Below are positions 9,031 through 18,906 of a DNA stretch of 64,000 nucleotides, in pieces. Source of the stretch: Alphaproteobacteria bacterium 46_93_T64 (GTDB taxonomy: Bacteria; Pseudomonadota; Alphaproteobacteria; Sneathiellales; Sneathiellaceae). Below the pieces are notes generated by a model. The model was given only the letters and a program-made list of their open reading frames with translations, was not told the origin of the DNA and searched no databases. Location: positions 9,250-73,249 of the forward strand of contig MAAN01000020.1 in the NCBI GenBank assembly GCA_002163135.1. Direction: 5' to 3'. The translations under genes and the position numbers were made by a program. Numbering within the stretch: position 1 is the stretch's first letter; each line of letters starts with the position of its first letter.

Positions 9031-9104
9031 ACCGCCCCTATTGACAGTACCTCGTAGACGCTTTTAACTGTTTTTACAAAAATAACAATAATGGGGAAAC
9101 CACT

Positions 9105-9905
9105 ATGAGCGACTACAAAGCACTCGATTTTGACGTTAAAGACCGTGTCGGTACGATCACAATGAACCGGCCAGAGATTAGAAACGCTTTCTCTGACGAC
9201 CTTAAAGACGATTTCCTTAAATTATTCCGCGACCTGCAATATCGTAGTGACATTGGCGCAATCGTTCTGCGGGGTTCCGGCGGTGTTTTCAGTGGCGGTG
9301 GTAATTTAAAATCGCTTAACGAAAGCGAGCAAACACCCGTTGAAAAGAGACGGCGGATCCAAAGTCTGCATGACTGGTACCAGCTCTATTTCAATCTGGA
9401 AATCCCCGTTATTGCCGCCGTTGACGGTGCAGCTTATGGCGGCGGATTTGCCTTAGCACTTGGCGCTGATTTTGTTCTGTGTTCTGATCGGGCACGCCTC
9501 TGTTGCGTTTTCTCTCGTATCGGTTTGGTCCCGGATGTGGGGGCGTTGTTCACTTTGCCACGCATCGTTGGTTTACAACGTGCGAAAGAGTTGGCTATGA
9601 CAAACCGTCCTGTTTTCGCTGAAGAGGCAAAAGAACTTGGTATTGCGATGGAAGTCTATCCATCAGAAACATTGTATGATGAGGCAGACAAACTTGCTCG
9701 CCGACTTTGTAAGTCGTCAACAGCAGCACAAGGTCTTACTAAAAAAATCCTCAATCAATCCTTTAATCTGGATGCAAATGCATTGATCGAGATGGAAGCC
9801 TCTGCACAGGGCCTGCTGCTTTCAACCGACTATAACGCCGAGGCCCTAGCGAGTTTCGTGAACAAAACACCGTTGGCCTTTAACTGGGAAAAGCTGGAAG
9901 ATTAA
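9105..9905 (+). CDS. Enoyl-CoA hydratase/isomerase family protein
   Basis: Crotonase-fold motifs (ITMNRPEIRNAF, VIAAVDGAAYGGGFALALGADF). Confidence 0.85.
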   Translation: MSDYKALDFDVKDRVGTITMNRPEIRNAFSDDLKDDFLKLFRDLQYRSDIGAIVLRGSGGVFSGGGNLKSLNESEQTPVEKRRRIQSLHDWYQLYFNLEIPVIAAVDGAAYGGGFALALGADFVLCSDRARLCCVFSRIGLVPDVGALFTLPRIVGLQRAKELAMTNRPVFAEEAKELGIAMEVYPSETLYDEADKLARRLCKSSTAAQGLTKKILNQSFNLDANALIEMEASAQGLLLSTDYNAEALASFVNKTPLAFNWEKLED

Positions 9906-9978
9906 GATATTCGGATTTTTCCAACTTTTTTGTATACCTAATCAGGAGAAAGCGGATGCTTTTTGGCAGATACAATAT

Positions 9979-10740
9979 CTATTTGCCGCTAAGCATCCTC
10001 TGCATAGTATTTTTGTGAATTAACTGGGCATCGCCATTTTCCCACATGGCTTTGAATATTTTATTGAGGCCCTCTACCAACTGCTTGTTCCTTTTATGAA
10101 CCAAATGAAACAGCGGCGCAGAAAAAAGTGGTTGCCCAACCATGCGAAGACCCTGATCCATAAATTTCGGTGAATTTGCCAAAATTTCAAAATCACGTTT
10201 AATTGCCACACCAATTTCAAGACGCCCCAACACAATCAGACTGAATAACTGATCGTAAGTATCAACAACGGTTGGATTTAGACCTGCGGTTCCTTTTTCT
10301 GCGTATAGTTCACCCCGAATAATCCCGATAGAACGCCCCTTTAAGTCTTGCCATGTTTCAATCGCCAAATCCCCACCCTGTTTAAAAGCGATGCCTTCAA
10401 TCATGATGGTTGGGCTTTCGAGTTGAACAAGGTTCTCAAAAACTTTTGTTACTCCGTAAATGCGAGCCATTTCCCCATCGAAACCGCCGGCATTCGCCTC
10501 AATCAACGATCTACGGCAGGGAAGTTCACTGAATTCAGTTTTAATCCCTAAACGGTGGTAGGCTTCTGCGACGGAATATTGGGCAAAACGGTGCGTAATA
10601 TGCCATCGGCAAAGCGTAATATGCGCTGTTTCTAGTGACGGTTTGTCTTTATGGGCCGCGATTGCCCCGGTGGTTACGCCTAGTCCTAGGGAAAGACCAA
10701 AAATATAAACGGCCATATTACAAATCTGTATATATCTCAC
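9979..10740 (-). CDS. Periplasmic substrate-binding domain protein (family-3 SBP-like), orphan
   Basis: It has an N-terminal signal-like hydrophobic segment and a general resemblance to transporter substrate-binding domain proteins. No adjacent permease or ATPase gene. Start uncertain (10740 or 10716). Confidence 0.5.
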   Translation of the reverse strand: MRYIQICNMAVYIFGLSLGLGVTTGAIAAHKDKPSLETAHITLCRWHITHRFAQYSVAEAYHRLGIKTEFSELPCRRSLIEANAGGFDGEMARIYGVTKVFENLVQLESPTIMIEGIAFKQGGDLAIETWQDLKGRSIGIIRGELYAEKGTAGLNPTVVDTYDQLFSLIVLGRLEIGVAIKRDFEILANSPKFMDQGLRMVGQPLFSAPLFHLVHKRNKQLVEGLNKIFKAMWENGDAQLIHKNTMQRMLSGK

Positions 10741-10940
10741 AGCACACCACTCCTCAGTTTCGTTTTAAAGAACCTGCTAGGTAGGAAATAGCTTCCCAAT
10801 CGAAGACTTCAATAGCTTGAGATAAAGTGAGGCAACGCGATTAACTTGGGGATTACCTTTCAATGCATCGTACTGACGTTAATATCGTTCTTTATTGAGT
10901 AGACAAATAATTTCAACAGCAATGAGAAGTTTAAGGCCTA

Positions 10941-10975
10941 GAAACAACAAAAGCCCCAGTTTCCTGAGGCTTTTG
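10941..10975 (-). terminator. ssb terminator
   Basis: On the minus strand, AGCCTCAG GAAA CTGGGGCT forms an 8-bp stem with one G-U pair and a GAAA loop, followed by TTTGTTGTTTCT. It lies about 30 nt after the ssb stop. Confidence 0.55.
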
Positions 10976-11000
10976 AAAATTCAACGTATCTGGATAAATC

Positions 11001-11534
11001 CTAGAACGGGATGTCATCATCAAAGTCACCGCCGGATGGGCCGCCGCCGAAGCCGCCGCCTTGATTACCGCCACCTTGATTACCGCCGCCGAAGCCGCCG
11101 CCACCTTGATTGCCACCGCCGAAGCCGCCGCCGCCTTGATTGCCGCCACTAAAGCCACCGCCACCTTGGCCGCCGCCTTGTCCGCCAGCACTATCAAGCA
11201 TCGTCAGGCTAGAATTGAAGCCTTGCAGAACAATTTCGGTAGAATATTTCATGATACCGTCTTGTTCATACTGGCGAGTTTGAAGTTGGCCTTCCAAATA
11301 AATTTTGGCGCCTTTTTTCAAATAGTTTTCAGCAATACGGCAGAGACCTTCGTTAAAGATAACGACACGGTGCCATTCTGTTTTGTCACGACGTTCACCG
11401 CTATCTTTATCGCGCCAACTTTCAGATGTCGCAATACGCAAATTGCAAACAGGTTTGCCATTTTGCATGCTGCGAATTTCTGGATCCGCGCCCAGATTTC
11501 CAACCAATATTACCTTATTAACGCTACCCGCCAT
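11001..11534 (-). CDS. ssb: Single-stranded DNA-binding protein
   Basis: OB-fold N-terminus ([17 protein letters not shown]...WHRVVIF), a Gly/Gln-rich linker and the acidic tip DFDDDIPF. Confidence 0.95.
   Translation of the reverse strand: MAGSVNKVILVGNLGADPEIRSMQNGKPVCNLRIATSESWRDKDSGERRDKTEWHRVVIFNEGLCRIAENYLKKGAKIYLEGQLQTRQYEQDGIMKYSTEIVLQGFNSSLTMLDSAGGQGGGQGGGGFSGGNQGGGGFGGGNQGGGGFGGGNQGGGNQGGGFGGGPSGGDFDDDIPF
11040..11190 (-). repeat. Imperfect tandem coding repeat (30-nt unit, one 42-nt variant) in the ssb tail
   Basis: GCCGAAGCCGCCGCC recurs at 11046, 11088 and 11118, with a diverged copy near 11145. The repeat encodes reiterated [11 protein letters not shown]. Confidence 0.8.
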
Positions 11535-11633
11535 GTCGTCGTGCCTTCGATTCTACATCATTTAGAAATTTATCCCAACCTTAGCTGGTTGAGGCCCTGC
11601 TGACTAGAGGAAATCAACAGCTTTGGCAACAGG

Positions 11634-11648
11634 GAACAAAATAACAAC
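11634..11648. promoter_or_regulatory. Weak alphaproteobacterial LexA-box-like site (GAAC-N7-CAAC)
   Basis: GAACAAAATAACAAC lies in the ssb/uvrA divergent intergenic region, one mismatch from the GAAC-N7-GAAC direct repeat. My rough estimate of a chance hit in a region this size is about 0.1-0.2. Confidence 0.25.
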
Positions 11649-11735
11649 ATTTTTTATAATCGGGCTGGAATTTTCAGGCAATGCACTATAAATTCCCGCT
11701 AACTTAATTTGCTCATATTCCAGGTAGCTATACAC

Positions 11736-14627
11736 ATGCATACGAAGATCAGTATTCGCGGCGCGCGCGAGCATAATTTGCAGAATGTTAATGTTGATAT
11801 TCCCCGTGACAAACTGGTGGTTATCACCGGCTTGTCCGGATCTGGAAAATCGTCACTGGCATTCGATACAATTTATGCCGAAGGGCAGCGTCGCTACGTG
11901 GAAAGCTTGTCAGCCTACGCTCGCCAATTCCTGGAAATGATGCAGAAGCCAGATGTCGATCATATTGATGGATTAAGTCCCGCCATCTCTATCGAGCAAA
12001 AAACCACGTCTAAAAATCCACGATCAACCGTTGGTACAGTAACGGAAATATATGACTATTTGCGGCTGTTGTATGCGCGCATTGGTGTACCCTACTCACC
12101 AGCAACCGGCCTTCCCATTGAAAGTCAAACTGTCAGCCAAATGGTTGATCAGATCATGGTGATGGAAGAAGGCAAGCGCCTTTACCTGATGGCACCAATT
12201 GTGCGCGGCCGCAAAGGTGAGTATCGCAAAGAATTTGCAGAGCTTCGTAAAAAGGGCTTCCAGCGAGTCAAAGTTGACGGCGAAATTTACGAAATCGAAG
12301 ACATTCCCGAACTCGATAAAAAAGTAAAACATCATATCGATGTTGTCGTTGATCGTGTTGTGCTCTCCGGTGACATTCAAACGCGCCTCGCAGATTCTGT
12401 TGAAACTGCGCTTGAATTGGCTGACGGGCTGTTTGTTGTTGAAGATGCAGACAGCAAAGAGAGAAAAATTTTCTCAGCGAAATTTGCTTGCCCGATCTCA
12501 GGATTTACTATTGAAGAGATTGAGCCTCGCATCTTCTCGTTCAATAATCCATACGGTGCCTGCCCTTCCTGCGGTGGCCTCGGCACAGAAATGTATTTCG
12601 ATCCTGATCTGATTGTTCCGGATGTAACTTTGTCTCTTCGCGGCGGTGCAATTGCTCCATGGTCACGCTCTGCAACCCCTGCCCCATACTATATGCAAAC
12701 ACTTGAATCACTCGGTAAGCATTACGGTTTTGGTGTAACCACACCCTGGGAAGAGCTTTCAGAAGAGCATCAGAAGAAAGTTCTTTACGGGACGGGCGAC
12801 GAAAAAATACAGATCACTTTTGATGATGGTCTGCGAACCTACAAAACTAACAAGCCGTTTGAAGGGGTTATTCCCAACATTGAACGTCGCTGGCGTGAAA
12901 CAGACAGCAGTTTTGTCCGCGAAGACATGGATAAGTATCAGGACAAAACATCCTGTACACCTTGTAATGGCTATCGCTTGAAGCAAGAAGCCCTCGCTAT
13001 CAAAATTGATGGACACAATATCGGGGAAGTTAGTAACAAATCCATTTTGGATGCCCGTGACTGGTTTGAAAATTTGTCAAATGTGCTGTCCACCAAGGAT
13101 AATGCTATTGCGGAACGAGTGCTTAAGGAAATCAACGAGCGGTTAGGCTTCCTTGTCGATGTGGGCCTCGAATATCTCACGTTGTCTCGCGGTTCTGGTA
13201 CGCTTTCCGGCGGCGAAAGTCAGCGTATACGTTTGGCGTCCCAAATTGGTTCAGGGCTGACAGGCGTTCTATATGTTCTGGACGAGCCCTCAATTGGACT
13301 ACATCAACGTGATAATGCCCGCCTTTTGAAGACGCTGATTAATCTTCGGGATCAAGGAAACTCAGTCATCGTTGTTGAGCATGATGAAGAAGCCATCATG
13401 ATTGCAGATCATGTAATCGACATGGGCCCGAAAGCGGGTAGCCATGGCGGCCGCCTGATCGCAGAGGGAACTCCCGCTGACATTATGGCCGTTGAAGAAA
13501 GTATCACCGGCAAATATTTGTCCGGTGAAATGGAAGTCCCTCTACCTGCCGTTCGCCGTAAAGTAACTGATGCCCGCCAGATTAAGGTTATTGGTGCGCG
13601 CCATAACAACCTGAAGCGCGTGAACGTGAATATTCCTCTTGGGACCTTCACTTGCGTAACAGGCGTTTCGGGCGGCGGCAAATCCTCGTTGATTATTGAG
13701 ACGCTTTATAAAGCAATCGCGAAGAAACTGAATAACAACCGCAACCACCCTGGACCACATGATCGCATCGAAGGCATCGAATGGCTGGATAAGATCGTCG
13801 ATATTGACCAAAGCCCAATTGGACGGACGCCTAGATCTAACCCTGCGACATATACTGGCGCCTTTACACCTATTCGAGAGTGGTTCGCTGGCCTGCCAGA
13901 AGCAAAAGCCCGTGGCTATAAATCCGGTCGCTTCTCCTTCAATGTTAAAGGCGGAAGGTGTGAGGCCTGTAAGGGCGACGGCGTTATTAAAATTGAAATG
14001 CATTTCCTGCCAGATGTATATGTTCAATGCGACGTATGTTTAGGCAAGAGATATAACCGCGAGACTTTGGATATTTCCTTTAAAGACAAGAACATATCCA
14101 ACGTTCTTGATATGACGGTTGATGAAGCTGCTATCTTCTTTAAAGCGGTTCCTTCTATTCGAGAAAAATTTGAGACCCTGCAACAAGTTGGGCTTGGATA
14201 CATTCATGTTGGGCAGCAGGCGACCACACTTTCTGGCGGTGAAGCACAGCGCGTGAAACTTGCAAAAGAACTTTCTCGCCGGGCAACGGGCCGGACACTT
14301 TACATTCTTGATGAACCGACAACAGGTTTGCATTTCGAGGATGTTCGTAAATTGATGGAAGTTTTGCAGGCGCTGGTAAACACAGGTAACAGTGTTCTTG
14401 TGATCGAGCATAATCTTGAGGTTATCAAAACCGCTGATTGGGTAATTGACATGGGGCCAAATGGGGGTGACACAGGTGGATATCTGGTAGCAGAAGGAAC
14501 ACCTGAGGATGTAGCGAAAGTAGAAGCGAGCTACACAGGACAGTATTTGAAAGCAATTCTGGAAAAGCGCCCTGCTGTTAAACAAGCACCCAGCAAAAAA
14601 GATTTAGAAAATCCCAAGGTGGCGTAA
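11736..14627 (+). CDS. uvrA: Excinuclease ABC subunit A
   Basis: [18 protein letters not shown] start, two ABC modules ([39 protein letters not shown]) and zinc-finger Cys clusters. Divergent from ssb, as in many bacteria. Confidence 0.97.
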   Translation: MHTKISIRGAREHNLQNVNVDIPRDKLVVITGLSGSGKSSLAFDTIYAEGQRRYVESLSAYARQFLEMMQKPDVDHIDGLSPAISIEQKTTSKNPRSTVGTVTEIYDYLRLLYARIGVPYSPATGLPIESQTVSQMVDQIMVMEEGKRLYLMAPIVRGRKGEYRKEFAELRKKGFQRVKVDGEIYEIEDIPELDKKVKHHIDVVVDRVVLSGDIQTRLADSVETALELADGLFVVEDADSKERKIFSAKFACPISGFTIEEIEPRIFSFNNPYGACPSCGGLGTEMYFDPDLIVPDVTLSLRGGAIAPWSRSATPAPYYMQTLESLGKHYGFGVTTPWEELSEEHQKKVLYGTGDEKIQITFDDGLRTYKTNKPFEGVIPNIERRWRETDSSFVREDMDKYQDKTSCTPCNGYRLKQEALAIKIDGHNIGEVSNKSILDARDWFENLSNVLSTKDNAIAERVLKEINERLGFLVDVGLEYLTLSRGSGTLSGGESQRIRLASQIGSGLTGVLYVLDEPSIGLHQRDNARLLKTLINLRDQGNSVIVVEHDEEAIMIADHVIDMGPKAGSHGGRLIAEGTPADIMAVEESITGKYLSGEMEVPLPAVRRKVTDARQIKVIGARHNNLKRVNVNIPLGTFTCVTGVSGGGKSSLIIETLYKAIAKKLNNNRNHPGPHDRIEGIEWLDKIVDIDQSPIGRTPRSNPATYTGAFTPIREWFAGLPEAKARGYKSGRFSFNVKGGRCEACKGDGVIKIEMHFLPDVYVQCDVCLGKRYNRETLDISFKDKNISNVLDMTVDEAAIFFKAVPSIREKFETLQQVGLGYIHVGQQATTLSGGEAQRVKLAKELSRRATGRTLYILDEPTTGLHFEDVRKLMEVLQALVNTGNSVLVIEHNLEVIKTADWVIDMGPNGGDTGGYLVAEGTPEDVAKVEASYTGQYLKAILEKRPAVKQAPSKKDLENPKVA

Positions 14628-14650
14628 CGCCCCTTTTGAAAGAGTAAGTT

Positions 14651-15997
14651 ATGACAACAGCAATGGATCCTGTACATGTGATTGGCGGCGGGCTCGCCGG
14701 CTCGGAAGCTACATGGCAACTTGTAAGCCAAGGCATTCCAGTAATTTTACATGAAATGCGTCCTGTACGTGGAACGGATGCCCATATCACGGAAAATCTG
14801 GCGGAACTGGTGTGTTCCAACTCCTTCAGATCCGATGATGCGACAAATAGCGCTGTCGGCATTTTGCATCAGGAACTTCGGGATCTTGGTTCCATCATTT
14901 TTGAATGCGCAGATACACACAAAGTTCCTGCGGGCGGGGCGCTAGCCGTTGACCGTCACGGCTTTTCAGCTGCGGTTCAGGAAAAGCTTGAAAACCACCC
15001 ACTTGTCACTGTTGAACGCGAAGAAATTGTCGGCCTTCCCCCAGAAGAATGGGGCAGCTGCATAATCGCAACTGGCCCTCTAACTTCAGCTGGACTTGCT
15101 GAAGCCGTACACGAAGCAACTGGTGCTGACGCTCTGGCGTTTTTCGATGCCATTGCGCCGATTTTGTACAAGGACAGTGTCAATTTTGATAAGGCGTGGT
15201 TCCAGTCTCGTTATGACAAAGGAACGGGCACTGATTATATCAACTGCCCAATGACAGAAGAACAGTACAAAGAATTCATTCAAGATCTGAATGATGGCGA
15301 TAAAACTGAATTCAAAGAATGGGAAAAAGATACCCCGTATTTTGATGGCTGCCTTCCAATTGAAGTAATGGCCGAACGTGGTCCCGAAACTCTGCGCTAT
15401 GGTCCAATGAAGCCCGTTGGCCTAACCGACCCTAAGAACCCAACGGTAAAGCCATATGCAATTGTCCAACTCCGTCAGGATAACAAGCTTGGAACTTTGT
15501 ATAACATTGTAGGGTTTCAGACAAAACTGAAGTATGCAGAACAGAACCGTATTTTCAAAAAAATTCCCGGCCTCGAAAACGTTGAATTTGCACGATTGGG
15601 TGGTTTGCATCGGAATACATTTATCAACAGCCCAAAAGTTCTGGATGAACAGTTACGCCTAAAAAATCTACCCCGCCTCCGTTTCGCCGGTCAAATTACA
15701 GGCGTTGAAGGATATGTGGAAAGTACCGCCATTGGTATGCTTGCTGGCCGTTTTCTTGCTGCGGAAAAATTAGGGACCGACTTTTCAATACCTCCAATCA
15801 CAACGTCTCTTGGCGCACTGATGAGCCATATCACAGGAGGAGCTGACGCAAAAACATTCCAACCAATGAATGTAAACTTTGGCCTTTATCCTCCTCTCGA
15901 CGTGCGAGTGAAGAAAAAAGAACGTAAACAAGCGTATGCGATTAGAGCAGCTAGTGAATTTTTAAAATGGCGCGAAACATTAGATAGCGGTCATTAA
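14651..15997 (+). CDS. trmFO: Methylenetetrahydrofolate--tRNA-(uracil-5-)-methyltransferase
   Basis: FAD motif [15 protein letters not shown], then [10 protein letters not shown] and the conserved C-terminal half. Length 448 aa. Confidence 0.93.
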   Translation: MTTAMDPVHVIGGGLAGSEATWQLVSQGIPVILHEMRPVRGTDAHITENLAELVCSNSFRSDDATNSAVGILHQELRDLGSIIFECADTHKVPAGGALAVDRHGFSAAVQEKLENHPLVTVEREEIVGLPPEEWGSCIIATGPLTSAGLAEAVHEATGADALAFFDAIAPILYKDSVNFDKAWFQSRYDKGTGTDYINCPMTEEQYKEFIQDLNDGDKTEFKEWEKDTPYFDGCLPIEVMAERGPETLRYGPMKPVGLTDPKNPTVKPYAIVQLRQDNKLGTLYNIVGFQTKLKYAEQNRIFKKIPGLENVEFARLGGLHRNTFINSPKVLDEQLRLKNLPRLRFAGQITGVEGYVESTAIGMLAGRFLAAEKLGTDFSIPPITTSLGALMSHITGGADAKTFQPMNVNFGLYPPLDVRVKKKERKQAYAIRAASEFLKWRETLDSGH

Positions 15998-16138
15998 TCG
16001 AGAATGAATACCGAGAAATTGGGATTTGGTAACCATTTGGTTACTATGTCCCTTTACTCTCTTATCCATATTTAAATGACGTATAAACTCTTTGCTTTCA
16101 TTATTGAGTGAACCGAAAACTTGGACATCTGAGAATAA

Positions 16139-17116
16139 ATGGCTGACGCAGAAACTACAGCATCTGGAAATAAAGATGGCGCTGACGAACTCAGCTCAAG
16201 TACGCACTTTGCGTTTCAGCATAAAATATTTGGTGTGAAGGGCGCGTATTTCAAACTCACTCCTGACTCTCATGAACCTGCCTTCTATGTAACACTCGGC
16301 GAGATCAAAGGCGCTATTCCTGTACGCTCTATTTGTCAGGAATTCGGAATTGAGGATGAAAGTGATGACGCTCAACTTCTTCGTACGGTCAGTGGTTCCT
16401 TAAAGTTTGTAAAAGAGATTTATCCTAACGACTCTATCCCTACGGAACTTCTTGATGGGAGCGCATCCTGGACAATTACAGAGGGCCACAAGGATATCGC
16501 GCGCGGCCGCATCACTATGCAATTGATTTCGTGGCTATCTGGCAGCGAAGAAATCATTACTAATTCAGGAGAATTGGAAGCGATTATTGCGGATCCCCAA
16601 ACAAAAACCAGGGTACAAGATGCGTTTAAGGAAATTGCTAAAAAGCTTGGTATTACAAAAGACGATGTGGTTGAAAAAGTGGACGATGTTATTCGTGAAC
16701 TTTCCTATATTGAAGCTCTGAGAGATCACTATAGCCAAATCAAAAAAATTAGCACAAATGTCGACCGACTTCAGAACGTCTATCGTCGCGACCGAGGTAT
16801 GATGGAAGATTTATCTCGCATTCATGCGTTGATTAGCCCCGTTATAAACAAATTCGATCGCAGTTTTGACGAAGTAGATGCGCAAACTTGTGAAGTTCTA
16901 ACGATCCTCAAAAACTTTGACCCAACTATCGAATTCGTTCGGAAGACACGTGATAATTTACATCAACGTTTCATGATTTGGGATGAAATGATAAATGGCT
17001 GGAAAAACCTAGAGCCAGAAGAAAGCGGCGAAGTTGAGCGGCAGCTAAAGAAGACTTATCGTTTTCTTGCCCAAAACTTTATGCAATCGCAATCCTGGCG
17101 TCTTGGAAATATGTAA
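16139..17116 (+). CDS. Hypothetical cytoplasmic protein (325 aa), family not recognised
   Basis: Long clean ORF with no competing frame, no TM segment or signal peptide, and a helical, charged C-terminal half. The call rests on ORF integrity only. Confidence 0.6.
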   Translation: MADAETTASGNKDGADELSSSTHFAFQHKIFGVKGAYFKLTPDSHEPAFYVTLGEIKGAIPVRSICQEFGIEDESDDAQLLRTVSGSLKFVKEIYPNDSIPTELLDGSASWTITEGHKDIARGRITMQLISWLSGSEEIITNSGELEAIIADPQTKTRVQDAFKEIAKKLGITKDDVVEKVDDVIRELSYIEALRDHYSQIKKISTNVDRLQNVYRRDRGMMEDLSRIHALISPVINKFDRSFDEVDAQTCEVLTILKNFDPTIEFVRKTRDNLHQRFMIWDEMINGWKNLEPEESGEVERQLKKTYRFLAQNFMQSQSWRLGNM

Positions 17117-17119
17117 CTT

Positions 17120-17938
17120 TCAAGCAAACAATTTGTATCCGAAAAGCGCGGCAATCTTTCTGGCTGCATTAATATCAAGCCGTGCATCTGAAGGTTCATA
17201 CTTCACTTTTTCAAGCTGCTTCAAATAAATCCCGCTAATCCCGTTGCAAAGGATGGATGCTTTCTGGCCTTTCCCAATTAGATGAGCCTGCGATTTCGCA
17301 TGGATAAGTTCCTCTTTTGTAAAATCTGTCATTTTGCGAACTATCTGGGCAAACTTTTCACGGTTATCAGGTTTAAAAACTGTATCCACTGTCATCGAAT
17401 AATCAGACAAGACCCGTGTCGGCATCAACACCAGCCCATTCTGGGCATGGAATGGGATGGCTCGTAAAATTCCAGTAAGTGCGTAAGCTCTTCCGCTTCG
17501 TGCCGCGGCTTCAAGCCGAACCGAGTTATCGTCCCCGCCTAGCGCCCGATAGAGCATCTGATGAAGCGCGCCACCTGTAAGATCTGCATATACAATTAAG
17601 TCGCCCTTAGTCTCGATTGGAGAGGGGTCGAGATCCTTGGCTCTTATATCTACCATTTCTAGCATCAAGCCGAAATCGATCGCTTTTACGTTATTCAAGT
17701 CATGAAGCGCTTCCACAACTGGGTGGGATTTGGATTTCTTGTTTGACAGGTCCCTGAGAGCATCCCGCCACCATTGCAGCCGAATATCACCGAGAAGAGG
17801 TTCTGAGACGGTTTCACGCACTCTCGCAATCTCAATGTTGAACGCTAATAGCGCAAACAGCCCGTCCCGCGCTTCTTTTGGTGCAAACAAACAACTTAAC
17901 CATCGATCGTAATCGTAACGCCTTACGTCATTGGCCAT
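17120..17938 (-). CDS. Squalene/phytoene synthase family protein (NDUFAF6-like)
   Basis: RYDYDRWLSCLFAP...LFALLAFNIEIARVRE...RLQWWRDAL is typical of the short alphaproteobacterial phytoene-synthase-like family. I chose the ATG at 17938 (MANDV...). The ORF extends to 17989. Confidence 0.8.
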   Translation of the reverse strand: MANDVRRYDYDRWLSCLFAPKEARDGLFALLAFNIEIARVRETVSEPLLGDIRLQWWRDALRDLSNKKSKSHPVVEALHDLNNVKAIDFGLMLEMVDIRAKDLDPSPIETKGDLIVYADLTGGALHQMLYRALGGDDNSVRLEAAARSGRAYALTGILRAIPFHAQNGLVLMPTRVLSDYSMTVDTVFKPDNREKFAQIVRKMTDFTKEELIHAKSQAHLIGKGQKASILCNGISGIYLKQLEKVKYEPSDARLDINAARKIAALFGYKLFA

Positions 17939-18163
17939 CGGAGAGAGTTCTTTATTTTTGGTCACTATATTTCCACCAGAAGTATGCATGTCATTACAAG
18001 CTGTTTCTATTTACCAGAAACTCATTAGAATAATTAAAAAAAATGGATGTTCCGCCACAATTTTTGCTATATATCTTTTGGACAATTTAAAGAACGTCTC
18101 AAGCAATGAGACTGCTCATAACTATAACAGCTTTGAACTGTTTCTAACTGGCAAGAGGATAAA

Positions 18164-18757
18164 ATGGCTTACGAACTTCCGGACCTACCATACGCAAAAG
18201 ACGCTTTAGCACCGCACATTTCAGAAGAAACTCTGAATGTTCATCACGGCAAACACCACAACACATATGTTGTGAACCTGAATAAAATGCTGGACGGTGA
18301 TAGCAGTAAATCACTTGAAGATCTTATGAAAGAAACTGCAGGCGATGCGTCTAAAGCAGGTATCTTCAACAATTCGGCTCAGATTTGGAACCACACATTT
18401 TACTGGCATTCAATGGCCCCAAATGGCGGTGGCAAACCAACTGGCGCGATTGCCGCTAAAATTGACGAAGATTTCGGATCTTACGAAAAATTCGCCGACG
18501 AATTCAAGACAGCTGGCGCAACTCAGTTCGGTTCTGGTTGGGCATGGTTGGTACTTGAAGGCGGCAAGCTGAAAGTAACTAAAACTCCAAACGCTGAATG
18601 CCCACTTACAGGCGGCGCAGTTCCATTGATCACAATGGATGTTTGGGAACACGCATACTATATCGATTACCAAAACCGCCGTCCAGATTACATGGGCGTC
18701 TTCCTTGCAGAATTGATTAATTGGGACTTCGCTAACGAAAATCTTGCAAAAGCATAA
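18164..18757 (+). CDS. sodB: Fe superoxide dismutase
   Basis: MAYELPDLPYAKDALAPHISEETLNVHHGKHH, and DVWEHAYYIDYQNRRPDY. Confidence 0.93.
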   Translation: MAYELPDLPYAKDALAPHISEETLNVHHGKHHNTYVVNLNKMLDGDSSKSLEDLMKETAGDASKAGIFNNSAQIWNHTFYWHSMAPNGGGKPTGAIAAKIDEDFGSYEKFADEFKTAGATQFGSGWAWLVLEGGKLKVTKTPNAECPLTGGAVPLITMDVWEHAYYIDYQNRRPDYMGVFLAELINWDFANENLAKA

Positions 18758-18784
18758 TTTTCCAAAGCAAATGAACAAAGAAAA

Positions 18785-18810
18785 GGCGCTCCGATCGGGG
18801 CGCCTTTTTT
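18785..18810 (+). terminator. sodB intrinsic terminator
   Basis: GGCGCTCC GATC GGGGCGCC hairpin followed by TTTTTT. Confidence 0.8.
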
Positions 18811-18906
18811 GTGTCATTATCACTCGTTGAGTTTCCAACTGATGCATTGATTTCAAAAATAAATAAAGATAGCCTAGGTAGTGGAAGTTCACTGAAGGAT
18901 CTCAAA

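Noticed and set aside
11040-11190. Regularly spaced repeats (here and at 61375-61445), considered as a CRISPR-like array
   Set aside because: The repeats are contiguous with no unique spacers, lie inside well-supported coding frames, and no cas genes are present.
10895-11603. ORFs 10895-11152 (+), 10931-11197 (-) and 11061-11603 (+) with Arg/Ser/His-rich or Ala-rich low-complexity products
   Set aside because: These are alternative-frame or antisense readings of the Gly-codon tandem repeat and body of ssb. Their composition is a repeat artefact.
13542-14585. Two long antisense ORFs (161 and 181 aa) inside uvrA
   Set aside because: They lie entirely within, and opposite to, the strongly supported uvrA frame. 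They have no recognisable motifs. They are shadow ORFs.
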